Assembly (NCBI RefSeq): GCF_963853765.1
Contig: NC_088855.1
Coordinates: forward strand, 48,732,001 to 48,796,000
Source: Magallana gigas
Lineage: Eukaryota
DNA: 64,000 nucleotides
Direction: 5' to 3'
Position numbers and translations under genes: made by a program. The notes beneath the pieces were generated by a model. The model searched no databases and was not told the DNA's origin. It saw nothing but the letters and a program-made list of their open reading frames with translations. How positions within the stretch are numbered: position 1 is the stretch's first letter; every line of letters begins with the position of its first letter. Of the stretch, positions 37,671 to 62,279 are shown in pieces.

Positions 37671-38348
37671 TGTCATGCATGTGTTGCCAGTGTTTGTTTG
37701 TTGCTGTGAATCAGGTCACCTGTTGATGTTTGAAATTTGAGAACAATAGCATTAATCTCCACAGTATTACAATAAAATCTTGTAAATAAACATGTTTGTT
37801 TTTTACTTTGCTGATTAATGTAAGGCTCATTCTGTTTATCATTTCCTACCTGGTCCTACGATCATGTAATACAATATTGTATTGTATCGTATGGTTCAAT
37901 ATGAATATTATATAAACAATATCGTATCATTCAGTTTCATATCACATGATTGTTATTGAATCATAATATGACATAATTTTATATAAAATTGATTTTAAAC
38001 ATGATTTTATATGATTTGAAAGAAATTATTCGTATTCAGTATACCCCCTCCCCCCCTTTCTAATGGAAAAAACTTAAATTTGGATCCGTGCATGATAATG
38101 GCATCCTGATGATGCATGTATCTCGTCCCAGTCGGTAAGCTCTGCAATATTTGTTTTTGATCATTGTAGATCAGAAATATCAATAAACGTTGACATGCAC
38201 AATGCAGACCTTAGACAATTTTGTACATCAAAATCGAAACATTCATCTTCATCAACTGAGTTTTGGCTCTAGCAGATAATAAGGAGTAATGTGTTTTGAT
38301 ACTCAGTAAGACTTGGTCATAGGGATGTCCTAAGGAACTTTGCTATAC

Positions 38349-38940
38349 CTTAAGGTGGTATAGGAATGCACCTCCATGTTGTGACGTACTTGCTATCGAA
38401 ATAATTATTTATTTAGTTAATATACAAAACAAGATGAGCAAATATACTCTACTAGCTTGAAATTTAGAAAGTATTATTTCTCGTAGACAAAATATATTGT
38501 CTTACTCGTTGTCTTGAATTCGGTAAAAGCATACAGTTTTGGACTCGTGTAGCCGTTTATGAACATGTGTTACCTGATAATACATAAACCATTATGTTCA
38601 GTTCTTAATTAGTATAATTTTATATTTTGTTTTCTTTTTATATTCTTTTCCAAACTTGTCATAGTACCTAACGGCGTAGCGCAGTATGGGTGAGAGCGTT
38701 AATTATGATTCTGTAAGTCATGATTTCGAATCCAGCTGGACCTTTTGTAATTTTTACCATCCCCAAAATTTTTATGCATATTTTTGGTCAAATATTGCAT
38801 ACTTTGAAAATTCTTAACCGGTTAAAGTATTTTGATTAAAATGTTTGTTTTTTTTGTAAAATATTGCATATAGAGTTATACATTTTGATGCATGTAGTAC
38901 TGATTTCAAATAGATATTATGGCCATATAAGGAATCAAAT
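38349..38940. mobile_element. Kolobok-like MITE copy containing a tRNA-like segment
   Basis: Left end taaggtggtataggaatgcacctccatgttgtgacgtacttgctatcgaaa matches the reverse complement of the right end of 52489-52804. tRNA-like segment at 38671-38741. Right boundary uncertain. Confidence 0.55.
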
Positions 38941-38964
38941 TATCCTGCAGATGATATATATCCA

Positions 38965-39375
38965 CTGGCGTCGGAACCAAATTGAAAGTGGGAAGCTAGA
39001 CTGATCCTCAGAAATATTGAGAGAAAAGAGAAAAAACCTAATTCCCAAAGTCATGAAAATCCTAATCCGTGGGGTTGGGGGTGGGAAGAAAGGGGAGGGG
39101 GGAGGGGTAAACCTATACTTCCAAAACTAAAAATCTTTCAGGCCATAACATTTTTCCCCCAAATCATGAAAATCCTAATCCGTGGTAAGGGGGTGGGGGG
39201 CTGTACGTATTCCTTTGACTCCAACTTCTTAATCTTTCAAACGTACATTACGGAACAATTATGTTTCCTGTGAAAAAAGGGGGGGGGGCTGAACCCTCTA
39301 TTCTGCTATGTGTCTAATGGTTAGGTCTAACTTAGCAAAAACAGTGGCCCTAGCTCCCCGGTTCCGACGCCTATG
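38965..39375. mobile_element. hAT-like MITE upstream of HPD
   Basis: TIRs cactggcgtcggaacc / ggttccgacgcctatg; G-rich interior with an internal duplication (aaatcatgaaaatcctaatccgtgg). Confidence 0.6.
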
Positions 39376-39525
39376 TGTATCAATTGAAAAAGAAATGAAT
39401 TAGAGTGAAGAGGGAGTTATGTTTAGGAGAGGTGTGCTTGCGCTTTAAACAGCTTATTGGTCTTGCATTGTCCAATCAAGATCGCCGTTACAAACACACC
39501 TTCAAACACAGTTTACAAGGACAAA

Positions 39526-50010
<10,485 letters not shown>

Positions 50011-52488
50011 TGCCGCTTACACAATATGATGTTTAAGAGGCCTTTGTTGGAATGCAGCATAGTCAGTCTCCATGTGCATTTGAACACTGCTTTCTATAGA
50101 ATCTCATTACATTCTGTACATATACAAATACTCCAGTGGGTTGAATTTGTTCTCTGTTTTTGATTTACACTCTTTGTTATATTTCTATGAAATTGTCCAA
50201 GGACAGTTTATGCAGTCCTAGGGGCTATTGAATCCAACCAGTATTTTAGAGGTTTATCTTGGAGAATTTTAGTATTCAACTTATTTAGTATTAGACCACT
50301 AGTCAGTGGACGTTGGTGAATCATTTTGTAAAGACATTCACATAGCCACCTATGTGTTGATGATTGGAATCTATTAAATTTTCATAAATATTTTTGAAAC
50401 TTATGCAGTATTTTTTAATCTATTTTTTTTACATACACATATTTTTTTGGGTACTGAACATCTTTAATGTTTTTAAGAGTTGAATTATTCATTGATTAAA
50501 GATTTTCAGAAACTATATCTTTCTATAACTCTTCATTTTGTATGTATTGATGCTCCCTTCACAAATCATTGAGTCTAAAAACTTGAAAGGATGTACCAAT
50601 TTAAATAGAGGCGTGCTGCCTTATGTACAGAAATGCCTGAAGAGGATGAATGAGTGAGAATAGTTTATTAACAGATAAACATTTTCAACTTGTTGCTTTT
50701 AAAATCATGAGCTTGATTCCCTTTTTTCATCATGTTCATTTTGTAGTACACATGTATAAATGTACTAAAAATCAATTTATTGATATCGAAATGATTTTTT
50801 TTCCAAACAGACGGAAAAATTCAGATCTCTAGTGGTGTATATTTTGACGTTGAAATAAAAAATATTCCATATGAGATAGTGGTTATTTTTATTTGTTTTT
50901 ATGACCAAATATATGTTAAAGTCTTTTAGAATAAGTATGCCACTGTGATTTCAACTCTCAGACGAGCTTGACAAGTGCTACTACCCTTGCTCTCTGTTAC
51001 AGACATGACAGGAAGCAGTAGATGGCATCTCTCCTTGCCATCTGTTTTTGTTCTTTTAACTTCTAAATATTTTCATTTGAAAATTAGCTGTCATTTGAGG
51101 TTTTAATATTTTTTTTAAATAAGAAATGTACGCCAACTTTTTCATGGCATGCAGCTGGGCAAATAAAAAAAAAGTCGTTCCGTGATGTCGGCAATTATCT
51201 CGGGCTAAATACAGGAAATGGTTATCACGTTATACAAAGAGTTTCAAGGAGACTGCATTATTGTAAACTTCGTCAATGTCAGAACAGATACAGTTAAAGG
51301 TTGTGATAACATACTACTTAGTATATTGTAATATTTAATTCATGTGGTCTTTCTTATGTCTGGATTAAAGTTTTTCTAGTATCAACTGGCTAAAATCTGT
51401 TGTTAAAGAAATTCTCATAAACCAGGTTTTACAAGATTGGTTCAGAAATATAGAGATTTTTCAAGAAAAGCTTTGGACAAGAAGTATATCTTAGAAACTG
51501 CCAAACTATTTAAGATTCATATTTACAAAATTACGAACCTGTTATCACAAATTACCAATTAAAACTGGAAGATGGAAAAACATAAAAATATGACTTGGTA
51601 TTTGTTCATTATGAGATGAAAACAGTTTGGGTGACGAATACCACTATGTTATGGAATGTCAGGCATTTTCTTTCATCCACAATAAGTTAATTAATGAAAA
51701 ATATTTTCTCTACTCTTCCTAACTTGAACCTGCATTTGTACATTTGTAAATATTTTTGTTAGTTTGTACTTCATGTTCCATTGATATGGTTTGAGAGATA
51801 TTCTAGTAAACAATCAACAATACTGTATTCTAGCTATCATTGTTGATAATAGGTACTTTTTAAAAGTTATTCTGAATTACATCCAAAGTTAAAAAAAAGT
51901 AAGCCTTCTGGATATAAGAGAGTGAACTTGATATATCTATGTACCAGTATGTAACATGTAGGAATTACTCCATATGAAAACAGAAAAAACATGATAATTT
52001 GGTTCACACGACAATGTTTGACATAATTTGAATAAATGGCCTTATAAAGGAACAAAAATCACATTTTAATTTCAACCATATGCAAAAAAGAATTGTGTTG
52101 CGTCGATGAAATCCGGTATCTTAATAAAGGTGTATCGGGTGACTGCGGTAAAGTGATCTGCTCGCATTCCAGTGTTTACATATATATATATCTACTTAAT
52201 ATCTATATGCTTCCATGTATTAGTTGAAACTCCAGAATTGTGTGTCGTTGATGGTTTGATATAACTACTATACCAAGAATCATGCGCAATGATTCAACCG
52301 ATTTATTGTGTTTCTTTTGTTAAGGTGCATATCGCTGTGATTTGTCATTCAGCAAGGATATGACGGCGGCCGCTGATCTCGTTCCAAACAAAGAATTCAC
52401 CAACTTCCCCCCGCTCCGATTCCTGCCCCTCTCGTATTACTAATACCCACAGTTAGACCACCTACTCCATACAGAAGGAAATTTTTAA

Positions 52489-52804
52489 GGTGGTAAGGGA
52501 CACCTGTCGATATCAATGTGGATAAAAGTACATCATTATCAAAATACTTTCACCGGTTTTTTATTTTCAAATTTTTGCAATAATTGACTAAAAATAGAAT
52601 AATTTTTTCAATGATAATAATAATAGAAGGTCCTGCGGGAATCGAACCCGTGACTTACTGATTTGTAGTTTACGCTCAAGCCCATTGCGTCACACTGATA
52701 TGTAACTATCATGGGAAAGATGGGGTTATTCTAGTTATACTTGACTTTATCGGGGTTTTTTTCGATAGGAAGTTCGTCACAATATGGAAGAGTACCATAC
52801 CACC
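52489..52804. mobile_element. Kolobok-like MITE with TTAA target site and an internal tRNA-like segment
   Basis: ttaa|ggtggtaagggacac ... gagtaccataccacc|ttaa. Minus strand 52630-52697 has A-box-like tgacgcaatgg and B-box ggttcgattcc. Confidence 0.7.
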
Positions 52805-55800
52805 TTAAAACATCCTTTAAGACCAAAGGAGTTTTAAATTTTTCCTTTTATCAAAAATAAAAAAACTGTGTCATGTCCTTTCAATATATAGTCTTTACAA
52901 GAAGTTTTTTCGACGAAGCTGGTCTTTGTCGCTTGGTAATAATATCACTCAGCATTTTCATGATGGCCATAAAAACTGTATTCTGATGGCGAGTCGTTTA
53001 ATTTGTTAATCATTGAAAATACAGGTATACATATCTTTATCTGAAATCTATATGCCATTTGTAGAGAACCGTCTCTTAAAGTTTCAAGTATAAACAAATT
53101 TTTTAAAAGGAGATGTATACCGGTTTCTCTGTACAGATGACGGGGTCATTTCCTTGTGACATAAAATATTCAAAAAAAATCCGCAAATGTCATCTTGTGA
53201 TGCATGCAGGTTTTATGGATTTGGCATAGAACATGCATTAGGATAAAAAATTGTTTGTTCGCCCTTCATCGATCCGCTAACCGAAAAGAAGTCAGTTCAA
53301 GATATTTGAATTATAAATTATCAACAAGCTGGGCATCGCATTCACGTACGTGGTCTCAAATCAAATTTAAAGCCGAAATGTTTAAAAAAAAAAAAGGAGT
53401 CGGGAGAGGGTTATAAAGACATGTTGCTCTATTAGTTTCCGAGTTCCGAGCATCTCTTGCCTTTGACTTTTGAACAATAAAAAAATAAACTGTTTCAGTA
53501 AACTGTTATGGCCCGCCATAAAAGATATTCCACATTAACCGCACCAGTTGAAAAAAAAATGTAGGTGTTAATACATCTATTTAGTAGTTAAATTTGTAGG
53601 CCTAGGCCTACGTAGAATTATAAACGCAGCAACTAAGCAAATTATATTTTCGGACCAGCGCCATCAGTATGTTAGCTCCGGTGTCTCCTTGTTTCTGTAT
53701 TTTGATTAGATATTGGACCTTCAATAGCACTCAATTAGGGACGCGTACAATAAGATAAGCAAGCTTTCATCCTTGGGGACACAAAGTCCAGAATATGTCC
53801 CGAAAGACCAATGCCCTTTTGTTACATTTGTAACGTCCACCTCGTTTGTGTATCAGTTTGAATGCAGTGACAACATCCATTGTCTCTGCCCACAAAGAAA
53901 CACGTGTAAAGGGGTCAGCAGCCCTTTCCCAGTCTAAAAGGGCTTATCTGCGAACGAAACAAAACCATACAAAATATTTACGCTGAAATTGCTCGGTCAT
54001 TCGATTTCTTTGTATAAAACAACAAGGGTGTGTAACATTGTTATTATTTCATACTGTCGGTATAGGCCAGTGTACAGGTCACTGGGAACAGGGCTAGAAC
54101 GGATACAGGGCACAGACGCTTGAGGCAGGAACAAAAAGCACACAAACACTGCATAGATACAATCCATTGTTTTCATTCTCCATCATACCACGTATACTAT
54201 ATTCTTTAGAATTTTTGCGGTAAATACGTCTTCACAGATGTAGCCACCAAGTCGTTTTAATGTTTAGAACTTTCATCCAATATTCGATAAGATTAGACAA
54301 CTTACGCTCGACGATTTCAAGTACTTAGTAAATCAATTAATTAAAAAAAAGTTTATTTATTTTCAACTTTCTTATGTACTTCAAACTGCTTGAAATGCAA
54401 TGCACATTTCCTCTCATATTTGATTCTGTGAATAACGATTTTTATCCCATAAGAAGGATTGTATTTTTTCAACCTCCTTTTTACATGTGTTTGTCAGTGG
54501 AGGTTTTATTAAATACATGAATAAGAACTATGGGTATCATGGAGGGTTCCACAAAGCCAAGTTTATTTGTACATTTAAAACCATATATACCATGTTACTT
54601 GAGAAGCAAAGACATATATACTAAAATATATACACCAAATACAGCAATAAGTTCATTCAATGCATTATTTAGTAATTTTTACGGAGGGCAGAATGAGTAG
54701 ATTAAAAGATACACCATTTTAGACAAAATCATTAGAGGACACACATTCCTTACATAAGAAAGTGTTTATTTTGTACTTTTTGATGAAAATAAGGAAAAAA
54801 ATGATGACAATTAGATATAATTGGTGATAGATATACCCTAAATAATGTTCTGTATCGTGCAGACAGATATAGGAGAGACATCCTCTACTCTCTTAATTCA
54901 TAGCCCGAATAGTAGACAAAATAAATTCAGTTGGTTGGAACATATTCTATTGCATACTAGTAAACATATACAAAAGGTTCGAACACAGGTTCTTACAACT
55001 TACGATGTTCTTACCAAGTATAACAATTTACAACTGTATAGTAGTTTAGAATGTAAAGTACATGTACATAGAAATGGATATTACTAAAGTAGTTCAATTA
55101 TTGAACAAACGTACATGTGTTAAAAAACAACTGAATAAATTCAGTTGACCATCAGTACTCGTTAGTTATAATATCATTTGATATGTTAGTAGTAGATACA
55201 TTGTACTAAACAGTATAACGGGTATTCCCAAAGTAATTGAAAGAGACAAATAGATGGGAATCTATTCTATCTGAATGAAAGGACCTGAATGTGCAATCGA
55301 TGGTTTGCATTAACTGCCATTATCCTCAAAGACTATGAACAATAAGCCTTTGGTCAAATTCTTTTCTTAATGCCAGATCAATCGGTGCTATTGCTGTTGG
55401 ACATAAAATAAGCACACTGACAAGCCACAACAGTAAGACTTTTAACAAACAACGGTTCACTCCTCCTCTTTTCAAGTACACCTCTGTTGAAGTCTAGTTA
55501 TGCTTTAAACATTACCAAACTCCTGTTGAATGGAAACCTATTCAGCAATACATTTTCTTCTTCAGAAAATAATTGGTATAATCCTTTCCGATTGGCCCTA
55601 AAAGTAGCATTGACACGTGTCAGCTAAATTGCCCGCTTAAATACTTTAATATTCTTCCACGAAATAAGTAATTCTTGTTATATATATTCAGCAGAAACCG
55701 CGAGTGGAAGGTCAATTAAGTCATCTGTATCAATCAATGTTTATTGTTTTGTTTTAAAAATTATTTTTCGTTACAATTTTAAAACTTTAAATAATGATTG

Positions 55801-58062
55801 AAAAATTATAAAAAGTGAGTTGAAAATTTAGGGAAAGCGCACCCCCCCCCAATAAAAACCTTGAATAGTTTTGCTGATTTTGCAAACGTGTGATTATGGA
55901 AAAGATGTGATTGCGGGTTCAAAGAAGTTATAATAGCTGTACCAGAAATCTAGTCAGTTCAACAAAAGACTGACGACAAACCTTGGAATTTTTTTTTCAG
56001 ATTCCGAAGGATTCGTTTATTTTTTCATCGTTTGCATTCTTCATGTATTTCATTCACAAACTTAAAAAAAACATTTAGGGACTGGATATGTTTGTACAGA
56101 CTCTTCAGTAGGTGCAAGATAGAGAGCATACATTTTGATGTTGACTTTGTATTAAAAAGCCAATACTTAGGCATATTATCCATAAAAGATTTCAAGTGGA
56201 AGACATGAAATGACCAGCTATGTAATGGCTGAACGCTGTTGAATAAAAAAAAATACACAGGTGCATCTCTTTCACTTCATTAAGGGGTCCCCTTAAAAAT
56301 GTTTCTGCCCTATACATATTGTCTCTCATATCCTAAATGTAAATTTTTAAAAAAATATATGTATTACATTGGGGGTGATTATTTTCTTAGCTGAGAACGT
56401 CGGACATGTATGTTGTCGAATTTGATGCTTACCATAAAACCTTGACCGGAAAAATATTGAAGTTGCTGTTACAAGCTTTAGCTAAGTTTTCTAATCATTA
56501 TTTTCAACAAAATAACAAATAACAGAGCACTTTATACCGAGACATGACGTTGTTTTACTATATGCAGTGTACCCTTCCAACAGGGCATGGAAATGAACTA
56601 AGAATTTTCTGTATCAGAAGTAGTGCCTCCATTTCCAAATAAAAACGAATGCTGAAGGAACAAAATGCAAAGATGTTTAGGCACCCTGATGCAATTTTTG
56701 ATATCGTCTGCACTTTACAGTGTTTGTATTTTGTGTCTGCATTTTCGACTTATCAAATTTCGGGAACAGAGAGGACAAGGGTAGAATACATGCATTTCCA
56801 CTGTTTATGATGTTTGTTTGTGGTCATTCATGCTCACATTCAGTTCGTAACAGCATATTCTATTATTTTCATAGAGACACGCAACTTTGATTATGCTGTG
56901 TTCCCCGTCCTTTATCATGTGACATGCTTTGTTTGTTATAAGACTCCTCTGTTCTGAGCTGTTTCTTTGAAAATTTCAGACATTATTTTTTACATTTGCC
57001 ATTATACGTTTCATTTTTTATCATTTTAAGGGATATCAGACAAGAGAAATTAAGCCTCCTTTCACCATATTAACAAACGACATGATCGTGTAAAAATATG
57101 AATGATCTATACTAGTATAAAGAATGATTAATCGAGAGTCACAAGTGAAAAAAAGGTAATCCAATTCAGTCATAATATTTTATATGTTTATTGCTTAACT
57201 ATGTGAAAGTGAAGACTCGCATATTTATATTTTTCAAGAAAACCTCGTATTATCGTAAAGAATGCCCCTGTGTGGGGTTTTTTTCAAATTGCAAGATATT
57301 TTCACACTAAAGTGAAGATCTGTAATTACAAAAAGCGACACGTCCGTTCGATTTTTTCCCTTATCAGGAGGCAATAAAACTTACGAATTCCTTTTTGTAA
57401 GCGATGCATACAGAATACTACTATATACAGTTCTTATATTTATTGCCTCATTGGAATTTCCATTATATTTGAATCTGTCGGGTATCGCTTTATTAAAAAT
57501 CATTTTGTAAAAAATGATAAAATGTATGGTTAGCATATTCACGGACATTGCTTAACACTCAGTAAATGATTTAGTTTTATAACTTTAAACAATACCTGAG
57601 TTTTAATTTAAGCCTGTTTTGCTTAGATTTAACGATTCCAATATAATACTACCGTGTCAAACTCAGCTTCTTCAAAGACCAACGTAATTTTCACGCTGAC
57701 TAATGTGTTATCATACTCCATTTTTATGGCCCTGCATTATAAATTATACGTAATTAGATTGGAATATAAAAAATTGTTTGTTAACCGGTCTGACAGAAAA
57801 AGGTATAAAGTGCAGCGCCCCGATCTAAACATCACTCACGTGCGAGTGTCATTGTGTGTAGTGAAAGTTGTTACTGACACTAAACTCGTCTATTTTGTCT
57901 CATTTCAAATGTCCTCGATCTCCTGTTTACTAAAGATTCCAATAGTTGTCTGTCTTTGCAGCCTGACCCATTCAGAACCAGTTTAAATGAAGATAGATAT
58001 ATATAAATATATCTACACACCTACTATTAGTATTTGAAATAGCGCGTAGAATACCTGAGACC

Positions 58063-58780
58063 TATAAGTAACAGAGGCGGTCCTCTACTCCACCACACCT
58101 GGACCAGTTTGTGTGTCACCTCATAAAACACGAGGACTCTAGGACAGAAACTGTTCATCACCTGTGCAAAAAATCATGAACTGTGCATTCACAATCCAGG
58201 TAAGATCTCAAGATTACCTTTAATTAATTAACACCTGAACCTAATCAACATTGTAATTAATGGCGTATTCTTTAAGATTCCTTGTCTGCGTTTTGCATAA
58301 AACATCGATAAATTTTTACGGTAAATAAAATTCAGTGAATAATGTTTTCTACCTTTAAATAGGGTTTTTTGCAACCTCAACAAAATATTCATTGCATTTA
58401 ATTAGGGATCATTATATAGAGGGCGATTTGTCATGCTGTGGAGATGGTGATGAGGCATAATTTAATGATTTCTCGCATTTATAATGTAAATTGGACCTGT
58501 CTGAGGAATGTGTCTACTCTCTTCATACAATAACACAATAAAACTTTAATATCTACCTTTCAATCACATGACCAAACATTCGTTCAGTTGGTGGGGTTGG
58601 AGGGGGGTCAGTGCCTTGTCGACAATATTGAATACCTTGCTTATCATTATTGCAAAAATTCATACAATCTGTTGAATACATTCTTTATTTCTAAAGCAAA
58701 GAGAAGGTTTTATTTTTTCAAATGCTAAATCTGACACATGAAATAGATCTTTCACTTTTGGTTTAAAGAAACAAATTTCT

Positions 58781-58846
<66 letters not shown>

Positions 58847-59644
58847 CAGGCAATCTGGAAATCAATTTCTTATAAAGGATTTATCTGCAACGTATACACT
58901 TATATTGGACGGAACAAAGACACTCTGAATACACTCGATCAGATTGTTGGGATTTGGGATTGAGGAAATATTGCAGTCTTAATAGGGCAGTGTTGTCCAT
59001 AAGGATTATGTTTTGTGCTTATTCTCTCCGGCAAAAGCGAGGCATTTTACACCTATAACAAGTCTTTGTCCGGCCACTTTTCCGAGGCTCTATCTTCAAC
59101 AGGCGCATGTCCTTCGCCTATTCATGATCTTGAAAAGCCCATTAAAAATTCTTTTACACCCCCGGATTTTTTGTGTTATTGGGTGTTTCAATTATAAACT
59201 TTATATAAAAAAATCTAATTAGCATATATGAACCTAAGATATAGTAATACTAGTTTACAACCATTCATATGTGCAAAAAAAAAAATTAAAAATTCGGTTT
59301 ACAGGTAATGTCAACAAATATCTATGATAGATTACATATAGAAAATGCTGCATAAGTCATACTTATAGATTGACATATATATATACATAGTACAATGAGT
59401 TAAAAAAAACCTATTGGCGTGAAATATGTGCTGTCTTTCCCTTAGTGATCTTTACATTCTCTGAATCGAACTCTCAACTGCGACATTTTGAACCCTACCC
59501 CCACGGACTCTCTGTGATCGTCCCCTGTGACCGTGACTTGATTGGTTCACTGCAGGGAGGTGTTTTATGGCGACTTTGCTACTGTCTCCTGTGTCGGAAC
59601 GGTGTGACTGTGACAAGTTTTATTTTGTAAATGAAGAGACTGTC
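58063..59644 (+). other. Possible 5' end of an unidentified gene (two candidate exons)
   Basis: TATA-like tataag near 58063; strong donor cag|gtaaga near 58200; acceptor tctttcccttag at 59445; ttttATGG at 59567 opens MATLLLSPVSERCDCDKFYFVNEETV, ending at a gtaatg donor (59645). No downstream exon or homology recognised. Confidence 0.3.
58782..58845. repeat. (CT)n microsatellite
   Basis: Directly visible; a second (CT)n tract is at about 59675-59722. Confidence 0.95.
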
Positions 59645-59672
59645 GTAATGTCATGACCCCCCCCCCCTCCCA

Positions 59673-59725
<53 letters not shown>

Positions 59726-62279
59726 AATACAGATAAAGTGTGGTAGTGAATAATTCCAGACAAGCATATTTATTAAAAACATTTTAATGCTGTGTGAACT
59801 ACGGTCGGACTGGTCCATTTACTGCACTATACATCACATGTATCTGCACCATCTACGGTAGTACACTAGAAATAACACGGGACTGAGGTCAGGCGTTACC
59901 CCGCGATCGGTTGGAAGTTGCTGTTTGCAGAGAAAATATTATTCCTGGTAAGGCAAAGCCGCCGTAGTTTACATTTACTATTCAATATGCACCATTAACC
60001 AGGGATGTATTTAATAGTCAGTCATTCTCAATACATAATCAGCCATGATAGCGCATTCAGAAACATATCGTCGAGTAAATCTCCTGCTACTGGAGATGAG
60101 CCCGTGGCGCAGTTGTATGAATCTGTTGTATTTCTCTCGCTGGCCGCATGCCCTTTCCCGCCCAGTAAATTACTCACAGCGCCAAGGTTTGTCATACTTA
60201 TCATTAACTTACAAAATTCAGCTTCCCGCAAATTAAATGCTCAAATTTAAATATTCCACAATGCCTTTCACATTATATCCCACTGTCTGCTGACATTCAT
60301 GTACAAATGTGTAAATTTTACAGGTTCTAAACACTGAGCAATTTTCAGTTTTAAAATTTCGTTGTCTAAAGATCACCCACAGATATTATCTAGCCATATA
60401 ATGAACGTGTCAAAATTTGGTGGTGAAATTTCAAATGATTGTACTTGATAAGAATCAATGTTATTTGTTCACCCTTTGGAGTAAACATTTGATATGGTGG
60501 ATCGTTCATCCCAGTATAAATCTTAAAAAAGCTTATTTTCTTTTTGATTGAAGATGATCAAATCAACTTTGTCGTCCAAGGCACGCATTTTCTCTGATTT
60601 ACACGAGAAACGTGTAAGTGTACTTTCATCCACGGCAAAGAAGTTTTTAATGTTAATCTACCCGTATTTACCGTTGCACATGAAACGGACATTGTACAAT
60701 ATCTACAGGAAAGTTTTTTTTTGAAAATCGTTGTCGAAGGCAGTATAAATATATGAAAAGAGACTTGATTGTCCATAAATAAACCTTTAAAAAAGACAAG
60801 AACAATTCAAAGATTTTTCTAACCATAAACTATTAATAACTGTAGAAAAACTCTACTGTTTTTAGCCTTAATATAGTTTGAATACGTCCTTCTGTCAAAT
60901 ATGGATCCCTTTTTTTCAGATGATTAGAATCGGTCACGTAGTAATTGGGAGGGGGAGAGGGGTAGGGGCTTCCCCTACCCCACCACCACCACTTGTTTGG
61001 TCATGCAGCCATCCTTTTTGTTATAATACCAAATAGATTTGAATTAACTGGCTCCTGCATTTTTTGGACCCTGTGTAAAAATTATTCAGAAAGGCAATAA
61101 GTTCATATGTAGATAATTTTTAAGATACAAAATAACATACCCCCCCTCCCTTTCCACAAATACACGCAACCAACGAAAGACTTGGTTGTCATCAATGTCT
61201 CTTTGTCTCACAGATGTAGGTACATGTACATGTAACACCTAGAGAAAATTATGGCTTTAAAATTTTAACAATAATGAAAAAGGTAGATACGCGGAGTTTG
61301 ATGTCACATTTATTGTATTACCATTTGAAATTCTCCGCGATATTTGTGGCAGACAGACTGAACTTCTGCGGACCTCATTACAATTAATTAAATAGCCCAT
61401 GATGACCACAAAGTGTCCCCATTTCATCTGTAATAGCACAGCGGAATATGCGGGAAAATAGTTTGTGGCGAGAGTAATTGCTTTTGTGGAATTTGACAAA
61501 TGAAGTATTTCAGAAGGTTATTTTATGGTCGTGCATAGTGTACCAGTGTAGAGCGAAGTCCTTATTTTGATGAACATCTGTTTATAACAGAATAGGAAAT
61601 TCAACCGCTGAATGCGCACTTTTCACCATAAAGTCTACCCAGTTCTCTTTCTCGTTCAAACTAAAAAAATGGTAGTGAAATCTATGTCTAATATTTAAAA
61701 GTGAATCTTCGCACCGTTTAAGAATTTCATATTCATATAAAAAGCCCAGGCCCCCACGCAAGGAATACGACCTATTCGCCCAACCTTTTACGGTGCATTT
61801 ACCAAAATAAAAGCGGCGATGCAGTTTTGTGTCAAAACTGACAGATTTATTTTCTAAAACATGAAATGGAAATCTTGGTGTCATTTATCTTTGCAGGTAA
61901 ATTAGTCGTTTCTTGAGCACGATGTTCACACCTTGGCGATATATATGAATTAAGTGTTAGTTGTTACAAGTCCTCAACATTGTTGAAGTGAATATACTAC
62001 AGGGTCACAGCTTTACATTCCAGTTCGTTTGCAAAGTGTTGTCAATGTTTTAACCTCTCTAGAATTCCCATCACGTGCAGAGAAAAGGCGTTGGTTTTAA
62101 GATATCTAATTATAAATGAGCAAACTAAATAATAGCGAACTGTACTACTGGCTGTAAATATCATGTGCGGAGAATAAGCTTTGAACCAAATGATATTTCA
62201 GTTATAATTAAATGAATTAACTGATTAACAAATTCAACTTCTATTCCCGATTATTAAATGTCGACGGTTTATAGTCTAG

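Noticed and set aside
36417-37709. Several ORFs of 62-148 aa
   Set aside because: They are translations of the satellite array, with the same peptide repeating unit by unit.
52630-52697. Functional tRNA gene (also 38671-38741)
   Set aside because: Acceptor and anticodon stems pair poorly and both copies lie inside a MITE; treated as tRNA-derived repeat sequence.
50100-58000. Hidden gene in the HPD downstream interval
   Set aside because: Only short low-complexity ORFs; no consistent exon chain or recognisable motif.
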